The position numbers and the translations under genes were made by a program. DNA of 64,000 bases, taken from contig OZ253580.1 in assembly GCA_965263035.1 (NCBI GenBank), positions 5,632,001 to 5,696,000 of the forward strand, read 5' to 3'. The DNA comes from Acidobacteriota bacterium. GTDB lineage: Bacteria > Acidobacteriota > UBA6911 > RPQK01 > JAJDTT01. A model generated the notes under the pieces. It was not told the DNA's origin. It ran no database searches and was given only the letters and a program-made list of their open reading frames with translations. Of this stretch, positions 50,150 through 60,253 are shown in pieces; within the stretch, counting starts at the first letter, position 1, and every line of letters begins with the position of its first letter.

Positions 50150-51883
50150 CTAGCGGAATCGGAGTTCGGGAGCAAGCAGCCACGGACCGGGTGATTCGAG
50201 GTGCCTGATCATATTCCCGGTCCACCGGTTCAGCGGAGAGGCCGTTGTGAAAGAGCGAATTACGGACACGAGATCCCCGCTGAAGGCCGCTTCCCACCAG
50301 GTCTTCGGTTCCGGATACAGGTGCAGGTCCAGGGGGGTGTCCTCATCCAGGGACAGGGCCCGCTTCAGCTCTCGGATGGCCACGTCGAACCCACCCAGAG
50401 AATCGACCAGTCCCAGAGCCTTGGCCTGGGCTCCGGTGTAGATGCGCCCTCGGGCCTTCTCTTCCAAGTCCTGAAAATCCATCCGTCTCGAGTCTGCCGC
50501 CTTGGTCACGAACTTCTGGTACAGGTCGCCTATCCAGTCCTCCACCCGCTTTCGCTGTTCTGCCTCCAGGGGCCGGCTCAACGAAAAGATATCGGCGTGA
50601 GGGTAGTTCTTGACCTGATCGACGCTGATTCCCATCCACTGATACAGGTTGCTCAAATCGAACTTGCCGAAGATCACTCCGATGGAACCGGTGATGGTCG
50701 AAGGCTGGGAAACGAGGTGACCGGCTCCCATGGAGATGTAGTACCCGCCCGAGCCGGCCACACCCGACATGGAGACGACCACGGGCTTGCCTTCCTGCTC
50801 GAGCTTCCGAACCTCCTCCCAGACCATGTCCGAGCCCACCGCCGATCCTCCCGGGCTGTTGACTCTCAGAATGACCCCTTCGATCCGGTCGTTCTGCCGC
50901 AGTTTCCGAAGTTGGCGGGCGAGGGTGACGCCGCCCAGGACCTCCATCATGGGATCACCCTTCCCGGCCACGATGGAACCGACACCGGGCAGGACGGCGG
51001 CCCGATGCTGAGCCGGAGCCGGGGAACCACTGCCGGCGGCCTTCAGGAATTTAGCACCGGAAATCGACCGGTACTCACTGTCCTCGCCATCGCCCGCCAG
51101 CAGTTCTTCCACTTGGTGGCGGTATCCCGTTTGATCGACGAGGCCCAGTTCCAGGCCCTGCTCCGCAGAAGCGACTCCCAGCTTCATGAATTCCTTCAGG
51201 ACGCTTTCTTCCAGGTTTCTGTCCTGCGACACCGTGGCGACGAACCTCTCTTCCAGGTCCGCGACAATCGTCTCCAGCATCTCTCGGACCGCCGGACTAA
51301 GGCTGTCCCGGCTGTAGGATTCGGCGCTCTTGTATTCCTTGAACTGGATGAATTCAGGGCGGATCCCCAGCTTCTCCATGGTCCCCTTGAAGAAGGTCTG
51401 CTCCACCAACAGGCCATTGACCAGGAAGCCGGTATCCGGATTCAGGGTCACGCTGTCCGTCGCCGATGCCAGATACAATTCCTGTTCCCGGACCAGGTCC
51501 ACGGCCAGCAGCGCGTGAACCGGTTTGCCCGATTCACGGAAGACTGCTATCTGGTCCCGAAGTTCCTCGATCTGGGCCCAGCTCCACGCCATGGGATGGA
51601 TCTCCAGGAGCACGGCCTTGATGCGTTCGTCTTCCGCCGCCCTGCGAAAAACCTTTCGCAGTTGCCAGAGGCTGGTCCCTTGCGGAGACAGAATCTGAAG
51701 GAACGGATTGTCTGGAGGGAATTCCCTGATCTCGCCGGAAATCATGATCTCCACGACCGTATCGTTCTCGACCTGGGGCACGGAGCCACGGAGGGCGTAA
51801 TAGAGGCCCAGTGAGATTAAGGCCGCTCCCACGAAGAAAATGATCAGGACGACCGAAAGAATCCACGTTTTTCTCTTGCTCAT
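50150..51883 (-). CDS. sppA: Signal peptide peptidase SppA (long form)
   Basis: EYKSAE, RVNSPGGS, VAGSGGYY, TITGSIGV, GRIYTGAQA. Confidence 0.92.
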   Translation of the reverse strand: MSKRKTWILSVVLIIFFVGAALISLGLYYALRGSVPQVENDTVVEIMISGEIREFPPDNPFLQILSPQGTSLWQLRKVFRRAAEDERIKAVLLEIHPMAWSWAQIEELRDQIAVFRESGKPVHALLAVDLVREQELYLASATDSVTLNPDTGFLVNGLLVEQTFFKGTMEKLGIRPEFIQFKEYKSAESYSRDSLSPAVREMLETIVADLEERFVATVSQDRNLEESVLKEFMKLGVASAEQGLELGLVDQTGYRHQVEELLAGDGEDSEYRSISGAKFLKAAGSGSPAPAQHRAAVLPGVGSIVAGKGDPMMEVLGGVTLARQLRKLRQNDRIEGVILRVNSPGGSAVGSDMVWEEVRKLEQEGKPVVVSMSGVAGSGGYYISMGAGHLVSQPSTITGSIGVIFGKFDLSNLYQWMGISVDQVKNYPHADIFSLSRPLEAEQRKRVEDWIGDLYQKFVTKAADSRRMDFQDLEEKARGRIYTGAQAKALGLVDSLGGFDVAIRELKRALSLDEDTPLDLHLYPEPKTWWEAAFSGDLVSVIRSFTTASPLNRWTGNMIRHLESPGPWLLAPELRFR

Positions 51884-51975
51884 TGAACTTCTCCCATAGA
51901 TGATTTTACGTTGAATCGCGGTCCGCGTGCCAGCCGCGCCGGTCGCTCGTGTCAAAATCCAAAAAGGAGGTTCCT

Positions 51976-52860
51976 ATGGCAGACAAGCCATCCGTCGGTT
52001 TCATCGGGCTCGGCATCATGGGGCTCCCCATGGCCGGACATATCTTGAAGGCCGGTTATCCCCTCACGGTCTACAACCGCACCCGGTCAAAGACGAGGTC
52101 ACTGGAAGCGGACGGAGCCGCGGTGGCTGCTTCTCCTGGAGAGGTGGCCGAGAATTCCCAGATGATCGTCACCATAGTCTCCGACTCGCCGGACGTCCAG
52201 GAGGTGGTCGCCGGCCCGGAGGGTGTTCTGGACGGGATTCGACCGGGTTCGGTGGTGATCGACATGAGCACCATCTCTCCTCAGGTCGAGCGGGATCTGG
52301 ACCGGCAGCTCCGAGAGCAGGGATGTGCCCTCGTGGATGCGCCCGTGTCGGGCGGCGACGTGGGGGCAAGGAATGCCACCTTGGCCATCATGGCCGGCGG
52401 AGACCGGGAGGCGTTCGATCGGGTAGTGCCCATTTTCGAGACCATGGGCAAGACCATTACCTACTGTGGGCCGGTGGGGAGTGGCCAGCTGACCAAGTTG
52501 TGCAACCAGATTCTGGTGGCGGTCACCCTCATGGGGGTCAGCGAAGCTCTGGTCTTCGCCGGGAAGAACGGCTTGGACCAGCGGGTGATGATCGAAGCCG
52601 TCAAGGGAGGAGCGGCGGGTAGCTGGCAGTTGAGTAACCTGGCTCCCCGAGTCGTGAATCGGGACTTCGCCCCGGGGTTCATGGTCGATCTCATCCAGAA
52701 GGACCTTCGCCTGGTGATGGAAAGCGCCGCCGGCGCCCAGGCGGCGCTTCCGGCGACAACTCTGGTGAACCAGTTTTTCCGGACCTCTCAGGCCAGGGGG
52801 GAGGGTCTGGAGGGGACTCAGGCCTTGGTCAAGGTGCTGGAGCAGCTCGCGGGCCTCTGA
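51976..52860 (+). CDS. NAD(P)-dependent 3-hydroxyisobutyrate dehydrogenase / tartronate semialdehyde reductase family
   Basis: GFIGLGIMG, DAPVSGG, KLCNQ, KDL. Confidence 0.9.
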   Translation: MADKPSVGFIGLGIMGLPMAGHILKAGYPLTVYNRTRSKTRSLEADGAAVAASPGEVAENSQMIVTIVSDSPDVQEVVAGPEGVLDGIRPGSVVIDMSTISPQVERDLDRQLREQGCALVDAPVSGGDVGARNATLAIMAGGDREAFDRVVPIFETMGKTITYCGPVGSGQLTKLCNQILVAVTLMGVSEALVFAGKNGLDQRVMIEAVKGGAAGSWQLSNLAPRVVNRDFAPGFMVDLIQKDLRLVMESAAGAQAALPATTLVNQFFRTSQARGEGLEGTQALVKVLEQLAGL

Positions 52861-52936
52861 CCCGGATTTTACACCGGGTCTCTGCGCGTATTTGGAGGGA
52901 ATCGCCTCCGAACCGCACGCAGTATTCGACGGATCG

Positions 52937-53656
52937 TCAGTCGGGCAGCGGCGGGAACGCCGCCGTGCGCCGGTAGAACTGGGCCATCTTCCGAGGGGAC
53001 ACGCCCAGGAGATGGCCCGTCACCATGACCTGATTGAGCAGCGTCGTTCTGAAGACGCCCAGGCGTTCCCATCGCCTCGCCGAGGTGACGACGGCTTCCG
53101 GAGCCAGTATGACGCGGCCTCTTCGGCTCAGCTTCCGAACCAGGTCGTAATCCTCCATGATGGGAAGATCCGCATAACCTCCCAATTCGGAAAAGATCCG
53201 GGACCGCACGAAGAGAGCCTGGTCTCCGTAAGGGAGTTGGAGCCACCGGGATCTCCAGTTGGCTCCCGACTCGATCCAACGGAGACTTCGCTGCCGACCC
53301 TCGATACCCAGCCGAAAGGCTCCCGCCACCACGTCGGGAGACGCCAGCAGGCGTCGAACCAGGCCGGCATAGTTCGAAGGAAGAATCGTGTCCGCATGCA
53401 GGAAGATCAGATATTCGCCGCTGGATGCCCGGGCTCCCGCGTTCATCTGGCGGGCTCGTCCTGCAGGGACCGACAGCGTCTTGGCGCCTTGGCGGCGGGC
53501 CACCCGAACCGTTTCATCCCGGCTGCCCCCGTCGACGACGATGACCTCGACGTCCGGCTCTTGGGTCGCGCTGGCGATGGACCTTTCGATCCCGGTCTCT
53601 TCATTGAGAGCGGGGATGATCACCGAGACCTGCGGCCTGGATTTTCCTGACGCCAT
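52937..53656 (-). CDS. GT2 glycosyltransferase (TIGR04283-like)
   Basis: SVIIPALNE, VDGGSRD, RARQMNAGA, FLHADT, PYGDQALF, IMED, TSARRW. Confidence 0.9.
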   Translation of the reverse strand: MASGKSRPQVSVIIPALNEETGIERSIASATQEPDVEVIVVDGGSRDETVRVARRQGAKTLSVPAGRARQMNAGARASSGEYLIFLHADTILPSNYAGLVRRLLASPDVVAGAFRLGIEGRQRSLRWIESGANWRSRWLQLPYGDQALFVRSRIFSELGGYADLPIMEDYDLVRKLSRRGRVILAPEAVVTSARRWERLGVFRTTLLNQVMVTGHLLGVSPRKMAQFYRRTAAFPPLPD

Positions 53657-54069
53657 CAATTCCCGTCCGATTCCCAACGGCGGCTCCGAGGCCAACAGGC
53701 CCAGAGCAGACACGCCCACCCGGCCAGCAGAAGCGTCCCCCCTACGGGAGTCAGCATCACCCAGCCGAGCGCGGCGGTCAGACTGTAGGCGTAGAGCGTT
53801 CCGGAGAAGAGGATCGCTCCGGCGCAGAATCCCCATCCGGCCAGGACTCCGCACCTCGGTTCCATGCGGCCGGACAGGGCGCCCAGCAGGAGTAGAGCCA
53901 GAGCGTGAACCATGAGGTAGCGGGTGGCCAATTCGAAGATCTCCAACATGTCGCCGGAAAGCTTCGCTTCCAGGACATGGGACCCGAAGGCGCCCGCCGC
54001 CACGCTCACGAGACCGAAAAACGCGCCCAGAGCAGGGAAGAACCGGAGGCTCGAACGAGATGACCGCAT
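53656..54069 (-). CDS. DUF423 membrane protein
   Basis: GAFGSH, RYLMVHALAL, LFSGTLY, TPVGG. Confidence 0.9.
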   Translation of the reverse strand: MRSSRSSLRFFPALGAFFGLVSVAAGAFGSHVLEAKLSGDMLEIFELATRYLMVHALALLLLGALSGRMEPRCGVLAGWGFCAGAILFSGTLYAYSLTAALGWVMLTPVGGTLLLAGWACLLWACWPRSRRWESDGN

Positions 54070-54434
54070 CGGTTCATTCTACCTTCGACTCTTCCGGCGC
54101 GGTAGCTCCGGGGAGCGGCGGTTTCCAACCGCCGAACTCCGGACAGAGCATGGGGGAATGAGCGCACGGGAACGGAGGAGCAGGTGACTGGAAGTCACCC
54201 CTCCAGGTTTCTCACGAGGTGTGAAATTGGCGGCACTTTTGCCTCTCCAGCCCTGTGGTAGACTACAAGTTCTTTACCGGCACTGTGTTGAACGATGTCG
54301 CCGCCCAACCCTTCCGCTCCCGGCGTTTTCGAAACCGGCCCCTGACGGCCGGCGTGGTCCGGCCGGGAGAACCGTGGTCAGGGGAAGGCAGAGGGGCTGC
54401 GCGGGAATAGAGCGAGATCGATTGCCGATACGAC

Positions 54435-55646
54435 ATGGAGATCGTCAACCAGAGTTTCACCCTCAGCTATGACTACCCGGTGATCTTCACGGAGGGTGTC
54501 TTCGATCCGGTAAATTCGGTCTTCCGGCGGGTGGTGAGCCGTCTCGAACCGGACCGGCGGCACCGTCTCTTCTTCGTGATCGACGAGAATGTCTCCCGTG
54601 CGCAGCCCCGGTTGCGCACACGAATCGCAGCCTGCGCCGAAGCCCGGCCTCAGGAACTGGAACTCGTCTGCGAGCCCTTGGAGATCGTCGGGGGCGAAGC
54701 CGTCAAGGCGGATCTCCGCCATGTCCTGACCCTGGTGGAGGCGATGAACCGGCTGGGCCTGGATCGCCAATCCTTCATGGTGATCGTGGGAGGGGGTGCG
54801 GTCCTGGACGCGGCAGGGTTTGCGGCCTCCATCTGTCACCGGGGGGTCCGTGTCATCCGGGTCCCCAGCACCGTCCTCGCCCAGAGCGATTCCGGAGTGG
54901 GGGTCAAGAACGGGGTCAATCTGTTCGGGAAGAAGAACTTTCTGGGCGCCTTCAGCCCGCCCTTCGCGGTCATCAACGACCGTTCGCTGATCGAGACCCT
55001 GGAGCATCGAGACAAGATCGCCGGCATCGCCGAGGCCGTCAAGGTGGCGCTGATCCGGGACCGGCCCCTCTTCGAGTATCTGGAGAAGAACGCATCGGAA
55101 CTCTCCCGAGGCGAGGCGGAACCACTCCACTACCAGATTCGGCGCTCCGCGGAACTCCACCTGGAACACATACGCGGTTCCGGCGATCCTTTCGAGTTCG
55201 GCAGTGCACGGCCACTGGATTTCGGCCACTGGTCCGCCCACAAGCTGGAGTCCATGACCCGGAACCGGCTCCGGCACGGAGAGGCGGTCGCCATCGGAAT
55301 GGCCGTCGATCTGGTCTACTCGGTCCGGGCCGGTTTCCTGAAGCGGAGGGTCCTGAATCGAGTCCTTTCCTTGCTTCGAAACCTGGGTCTTCCGGTCTGG
55401 GATGAGGCCCTCTCCACGACTCGGGGCGGGGAGAGGGTGGTGCTGGAGGGACTGACCGAGTTTCGGGAACATCTGGGCGGAACACTTCACATCAGCCTGA
55501 TTCGAGACATCGGCGACAGCTTCGAGGTGACGGAAATGGACGACCGTCTCCTGCTCGATTCCATTGAATGGCTCCGGCACTCGTTCGGAGAGTTCGGCGC
55601 CGGTGTGGCCGAGACCGAACTTCCGGAGTCTGCGCGGCAGGAATGA
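54435..55646 (+). CDS. 3-dehydroquinate synthase family sugar-phosphate cyclase (EboD-like)
   Basis: GGGAVLDAAGF, LAQSDSGVGVKNG, EAVKVAL, RPLDFGHWSAHKLE, HGEAVAIG. Confidence 0.88.
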   Translation: MEIVNQSFTLSYDYPVIFTEGVFDPVNSVFRRVVSRLEPDRRHRLFFVIDENVSRAQPRLRTRIAACAEARPQELELVCEPLEIVGGEAVKADLRHVLTLVEAMNRLGLDRQSFMVIVGGGAVLDAAGFAASICHRGVRVIRVPSTVLAQSDSGVGVKNGVNLFGKKNFLGAFSPPFAVINDRSLIETLEHRDKIAGIAEAVKVALIRDRPLFEYLEKNASELSRGEAEPLHYQIRRSAELHLEHIRGSGDPFEFGSARPLDFGHWSAHKLESMTRNRLRHGEAVAIGMAVDLVYSVRAGFLKRRVLNRVLSLLRNLGLPVWDEALSTTRGGERVVLEGLTEFREHLGGTLHISLIRDIGDSFEVTEMDDRLLLDSIEWLRHSFGEFGAGVAETELPESARQE

Positions 55647-55785
55647 TCGTAGCGAGAAAGCGGGGAATCGAGGCCAGATTTTCTCGATTTGGAGGTGCAT
55701 AGTCGTTCTATTCGCCGAGAAATCGGGGAAATATGGACCGATTCTACCGCTTTCGCAGTAGATCAATTTCTGCCGCGCAGGCTCC
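55625..55785. mobile_element. MITE family A, copy 3
   Basis: GGAGTCTGCGCGGCAG...CTGCCGCGCAGGCTCC; contains the stop codon of the upstream cyclase gene. Confidence 0.9.
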
Positions 55786-55811
55786 TATGCCGGGTGACGC
55801 GCTGAGGCACG

Positions 55812-57041
55812 ATGCAGCTGGTTCCGGGATTCCATCTGACCTATTGCCTGAACATCCATCCCGGGGAGACCTGGCCCGAGGTTTGGGAAAATCTCAAGAC
55901 CTATCCGGGCGCGGTTCGAGACCAGCTTTGTCCGGGCCAACCCTTCGCCATCGGGCTGCGTCTTTCGGGCCAGGCTGCCGACGCCCTGGCTCGCCCCGAC
56001 AATCTGGAGGCGTTTCAAGATTTCCTGAGAACGGAAGGGGCCTACGTCTTCACCATCAACGGGTTTCCCTACGGCGTCTTTCACCGGGCGCGGGTCAAGG
56101 AGAACGTCTACCTGCCGGACTGGAGAGATCGGGTCCGCTTGGAATACACGAACCGGTTGGCCAGGATTCTTGCTCGGCTGCTGCCCGACGATGCGGACAT
56201 GGAAGGGAGCATCAGCACGGTTCCCGGAGCTTTCCGGACGGAGGTCCGTTCCTCTGGCGACGTTCGCCGGATGGCCGAGCTGATGCTCCGCAGCGTCGCA
56301 TACCTCCACCGGCTCCGGGAGCAGACGGGAAAAACCATTACCCTGGCGCTGGAGCCCGAGCCCTGTTGCTTCCTGGAAACGACAGACGACGTGGTGGCCT
56401 TTTTCGAAGGCCATGTCTTCTCGGAGGAAGGACTCGGGGCCCTGGTCCGGGAGCTGGGTCTGACCAGGGCCCGGGCGGAGCGTGTCGCTCGGAGGCACCT
56501 GGGAATCTGCGTTGACGCCTGTCACGTGGCCGTGGAATTCGAGGAACCGGCAGAGGTGCTGGATCGCCTGGAAGCCGCGGGGATCCGAATCCTGAAGGTT
56601 CAAGTCAGCTCGGCTCTGCGCCTCCGGTTCCGGGAGGGGGACGGCAGCCCTCAACGAACGTTGCGGCCTTTCGCCGAGGAGACCTACCTGCACCAGGTGG
56701 TGGAGACGTCGGAGCGGGGAGTCGTCCGCTATCAGGATCTGCCGCAGGCGCTGGACCGGGAGGTGGATTTCCAGCAAAAAGGCGCCGCATCGCCCGGCAT
56801 CCGGAAGGAATGGAGAGTCCATTTCCACGTTCCCATCTTCCTCTCCCGCATGAAAGGCTTCGACACCACTCAGGATGACCTTGCGGCCCTGCTGGCCCGC
56901 CTGAAATCGAAACCCGCATGTCCCTATCTGGAGGTGGAGACCTATACCTGGGACGTTCTCCCGCCGCGTTACAAGACCCTGGATACGACCGACGCCATCG
57001 CCCGCGAGCTGGCCTGGACGCGGGACAAGCTCCTGCAATGA
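55812..57041 (+). CDS. eboE: Metabolite traffic protein EboE (TIM barrel)
   Basis: HLTYCLNIHPGE, TINGFPYG, VKENVYLPDW, LEPEPCC, WRVHFHVP, LEVETYTW. Confidence 0.9.
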   Translation: MQLVPGFHLTYCLNIHPGETWPEVWENLKTYPGAVRDQLCPGQPFAIGLRLSGQAADALARPDNLEAFQDFLRTEGAYVFTINGFPYGVFHRARVKENVYLPDWRDRVRLEYTNRLARILARLLPDDADMEGSISTVPGAFRTEVRSSGDVRRMAELMLRSVAYLHRLREQTGKTITLALEPEPCCFLETTDDVVAFFEGHVFSEEGLGALVRELGLTRARAERVARRHLGICVDACHVAVEFEEPAEVLDRLEAAGIRILKVQVSSALRLRFREGDGSPQRTLRPFAEETYLHQVVETSERGVVRYQDLPQALDREVDFQQKGAASPGIRKEWRVHFHVPIFLSRMKGFDTTQDDLAALLARLKSKPACPYLEVETYTWDVLPPRYKTLDTTDAIARELAWTRDKLLQ

Positions 57042-57949
57042 GCGCGCAAACGCCGTTGCCTGGACGCAGGCCCCGCTGGCGCGTCTACCTGGACCTGGGG
57101 CGGGTGTCCAATCTGCCCACCGTCTGGACCAACTGCGTGGCGGGAGCCGCTCTCTCCGGCGCGACTCCGGAGCTGCCCACCTTGCTGCTCCTGGCGGCGG
57201 CGCTCTCCTGCTTCTACACCGGGGGCATGTTCCTCAACGATGCCTTCGACCACCGCTATGACGAAAGGTCCCGGCCCGGCCGGCCCATTCCTTCGGGGCA
57301 GGTCGGCCGGTTCGAGGTCTACGCAACAGGCTTCGGGTTCCTGGCCCTGGGCCAGGCGGGACTCTTTGCAGCCTCGGCGCTACAGTCCGGTCCCCGTCTG
57401 GAAGCTCTGGGTGCGGGGGTGATCCTGGGCGTCTTGATCGTCCGCTACAACTACCGCCATAAGACCGATCCCTTCAGTCCCGTGGTGATGGCCGTCTGCC
57501 GTGGACTGGTCTACCTGATCGCCGCTTCCATGACGGCCGGGTCCCTCTCCCTCCAGGTCTGGGCCGGTGGCCTGGTGCTGGTGAGCTACGTGGCCGGTTT
57601 GACCTACCTGGCCGCCCAGGAAGACCTCAACCGGGTGAAGGCGCTGTGGCCCGCGCTCTTGCTCTTTGGCCCCTTGGTGTTCGCTTTGCACCGGACCTTC
57701 GAAGGCGGGGCCGACCCGGCGTTGCTTCCGTTGATGGCTTTCTTTCTGGTCTGGACACTGTGGTCCGGATCCTTGCTGTGGGCGCAGCGGCGCAACGTGC
57801 CCCGCGCCGTCACCGGTCTCATCGCCGGCATCTCCCTTTTGGATGGGGTCCTCATCGCGGCCGTCTCGACGGGTCTCGGCGGACCGGTTTGCGCCCTTCT
57901 CGGCTTGCTGTCGACCCGGGCCCTGCAGAGATTCGTCCCTGGGACCTGA
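57038..57949 (+). CDS. UbiA family prenyltransferase (EboC-like)
   Basis: RVSNLPTV, GMFLNDAFD...RPGRPIPSG, CRGLVYL. Confidence 0.88.
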   Translation: MSAQTPLPGRRPRWRVYLDLGRVSNLPTVWTNCVAGAALSGATPELPTLLLLAAALSCFYTGGMFLNDAFDHRYDERSRPGRPIPSGQVGRFEVYATGFGFLALGQAGLFAASALQSGPRLEALGAGVILGVLIVRYNYRHKTDPFSPVVMAVCRGLVYLIAASMTAGSLSLQVWAGGLVLVSYVAGLTYLAAQEDLNRVKALWPALLLFGPLVFALHRTFEGGADPALLPLMAFFLVWTLWSGSLLWAQRRNVPRAVTGLIAGISLLDGVLIAAVSTGLGGPVCALLGLLSTRALQRFVPGT

Positions 57950-57990
57950 TCGAGACTGGCGGGACCGCCGGGGCGGGAGTGGGATTCGAT

Positions 57991-58650
57991 TCACACAGGC
58001 CGCTGGGCCAGCCGGGATTCCAACCACCCGATCAGTTGCGCCGAGGAGAGGCTGACCAGCAGGAAGAGGAGTCCCACCAGGGTCAGGGGTTCCAAATACC
58101 GGAAGCTCTCGGCGCCGATGAGCTTGGCCGTCTGGAGCAGTTCCCGGACCGTGATGGCGGCCAGGATGGGGGTTTCTTTGAACATGCCCACCAGGTAGTT
58201 GCCCAAGGCCGGGACCATGGGAGGTAAGGCTTGGGGCAGGATCACCGACCTCCAGGTCTCCAGCCAGCCCAGGTTCAGGGCCCGGGCGGCCTCCCACTGG
58301 CCGGAAGGGACGTTGTCGATGCCGGCGCGGTAGACTTCGGCCGTGTAGGCGCTGTAGTGGAGTCCCAGACCGAGGGCGCCGGTCACGAAGGGCGACCAGG
58401 AGAGGCCGAACTCGGGCAGGACGTAGAAGAGGAAGTAGACCTGCACCAGGAGCGGAGTGCTGCGGACGAACTCCACGATCCAGGTGGCCGGCCAAGCCAG
58501 ATAGCGGCGGGAAGACCGGCGAAGAAGAGCCCAGGCCAGACCCAGCACCAGCGCCAGGCTCATGCCCACCACGGTGCACTGGAGCGTCACCAGACAGGCA
58601 TGCAGCAGGGCGGGCAGGATCTCCAGGGCGAATCCCCAGTCGAAGATCAC
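57991..58650 (-). CDS. ehuD: Ectoine/hydroxyectoine ABC transporter permease
   Basis: FVRSTPLLVQVYF, LGLHYSAYTAEVYRAG, MFKETP. Confidence 0.85.
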   Translation of the reverse strand: MIFDWGFALEILPALLHACLVTLQCTVVGMSLALVLGLAWALLRRSSRRYLAWPATWIVEFVRSTPLLVQVYFLFYVLPEFGLSWSPFVTGALGLGLHYSAYTAEVYRAGIDNVPSGQWEAARALNLGWLETWRSVILPQALPPMVPALGNYLVGMFKETPILAAITVRELLQTAKLIGAESFRYLEPLTLVGLLFLLVSLSSAQLIGWLESRLAQRPV

Positions 58651-59309
58651 GCCGCACCCCCGGAATCGCGTCCCGCCGCCAACCTGGATTCGAGAAATCT
58701 CATTCCTCTCGCGATCACCTGAGCCAACAGGAAGTAGAAGACCAGAATCAGGGCGAAGATTTCGCCGGAACGCAACGTGGCCGTCCGTAGCGTCTGCCCC
58801 TGGAACGTGAGGTCCGCCAAGCTGATGAGAGAGACGAGGGCGGTCCCTTTGAGGAGCTCGATGAAGAGGTTTCCGAAGGGGGGAATCATGCGCAGTGCGG
58901 CCTGAGGCAGGATGATTCTCCAGAGCGTCTGGCGCCGGCTCAGGTTCAAGGCCGCGGCGGCATCGTACTGGGACTGGGAGACGCTACGGATCGCCGACCG
59001 GACGATCTCCGATCCGTAGGACCCCAGGTTCAGGCCCAAGACCAGGATTCCCACCGTCACCGCCTCCAGCCGGAGTCCCAGCAGGGGAAGAGCGAAGTAG
59101 GCCCAGAAGAGCTGGACCAGGGCCGAGGTTCCCCGGAAGACGTCGACGTAAACCCGTGTGATCCCCCGGACCATCCTGCGCCCGGAGAGCCGTCCCAGTC
59201 CCGCCAGGAAGGAGGAGGCCAGCGCCACCACCGCGGCGCCGGCGGTGATCTGGAGCGTGACCAGGAGTCCCGTCAACAGGCTGGGAAGAAGGTCCAGGGG
59301 CGGTGGCAT
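58647..59309 (-). CDS. ehuC: Ectoine/hydroxyectoine ABC transporter permease
   Basis: FRGTSALVQLFWAYFALP, LNLGSYGSEIVR. Confidence 0.85.
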   Translation of the reverse strand: MPPPLDLLPSLLTGLLVTLQITAGAAVVALASSFLAGLGRLSGRRMVRGITRVYVDVFRGTSALVQLFWAYFALPLLGLRLEAVTVGILVLGLNLGSYGSEIVRSAIRSVSQSQYDAAAALNLSRRQTLWRIILPQAALRMIPPFGNLFIELLKGTALVSLISLADLTFQGQTLRTATLRSGEIFALILVFYFLLAQVIARGMRFLESRLAAGRDSGGAA

Positions 59310-59324
59310 CTTGGTCGATAGAGA

Positions 59325-60182
59325 TCAGGGAGCGCCGGCGCAGAGCTCTTCCGTCGTCATTCCCGCAGGGAGCTCGGCTTCCGTAAACCCGAAAGTGCGA
59401 ATCAACTCCAGATGTCCGGGAGTTCCGATGAAGGCGGTGAGGTGTCGGTTGAATTCGTCCAGGTGCTTCCGGTCCTCTTTGCGGAAACCGATCCCGCTAC
59501 AGGTGCGGGCCGGGAGGCCGGCTGCCCGGGGCTGGACGAACGGGTCGATCGCCTCGAGTTCCGAGGTAGAGGGCTTGCGCAGCAGGTCCCGGTGGGCCGG
59601 CGCCGGACCCGCATTGGCGTCCACCCTTCCGGCCTGCAGACCGGCCACGGCACTGGGCTGGTCCGGAAAGATGAAGAGCCTTGACTCGGGGATGCCCGTG
59701 GCTCTGGCGAACATGAGCTCCACCCCCCCCGCCACCACGCCCAGACGGGCGCTCTCATGACGGGTCACGTCCAGATAGCTGTGGAGGTTCAGCGGGTTGC
59801 CCTGCTGCACGAGCATTCCCTGGAGGATGCAGGAGAGGGGTTCGGAAAAGAGGATTTCCCGGCACCGGGGAGGCAGGATCCACATGCCGGCGGCGATCAG
59901 GTCGAAGCGTCCAGCCTTGAGGCCCGGGATGAGAGAGGCGAACTCGGTGATGACACCCTCCACCTGGGTGATTCCCATCTCCGCCAGGACCCGGCGCGTC
60001 ACCTCCACCGACTCGCCCGTCAGTTTTCCGGTCCGGTTGTCGTAGAAGGCGAACGGAGCCTCGTTGGAGTAACCGATGCGGACTGGGCCCGAGCCTTCGA
60101 AGCCTCCCGGTTGAGTTCCGATGGAGCAACCCAGGAGCAGGAAAGACAATGGAGGAATCGTGAGGGCCCAAAGGTTCTTCAT
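59325..60182 (-). CDS. ehuB: Ectoine/hydroxyectoine ABC transporter substrate-binding lipoprotein
   Basis: Lipobox LLGC, NEAPFA, GKLTGE, EFASLIPGL.AGRFD.IAAGM.I.P.RC. Confidence 0.85.
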   Translation of the reverse strand: MKNLWALTIPPLSFLLLGCSIGTQPGGFEGSGPVRIGYSNEAPFAFYDNRTGKLTGESVEVTRRVLAEMGITQVEGVITEFASLIPGLKAGRFDLIAAGMWILPPRCREILFSEPLSCILQGMLVQQGNPLNLHSYLDVTRHESARLGVVAGGVELMFARATGIPESRLFIFPDQPSAVAGLQAGRVDANAGPAPAHRDLLRKPSTSELEAIDPFVQPRAAGLPARTCSGIGFRKEDRKHLDEFNRHLTAFIGTPGHLELIRTFGFTEAELPAGMTTEELCAGAP

Positions 60183-60221
60183 GGATCGTGTCCGGTCCGG
60201 CGGGCCGAAGTCTACTTCGGA

Positions 60222-60253
60222 GGAGGAAAGGAGGAAAGGAGGAAAGGAGGAAA
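60222..60253 (+). repeat. (GGAGGAAA)4 tandem repeat in divergent intergenic region
   Basis: Four perfect octamer units within a longer all-purine tract. Confidence 0.9.
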
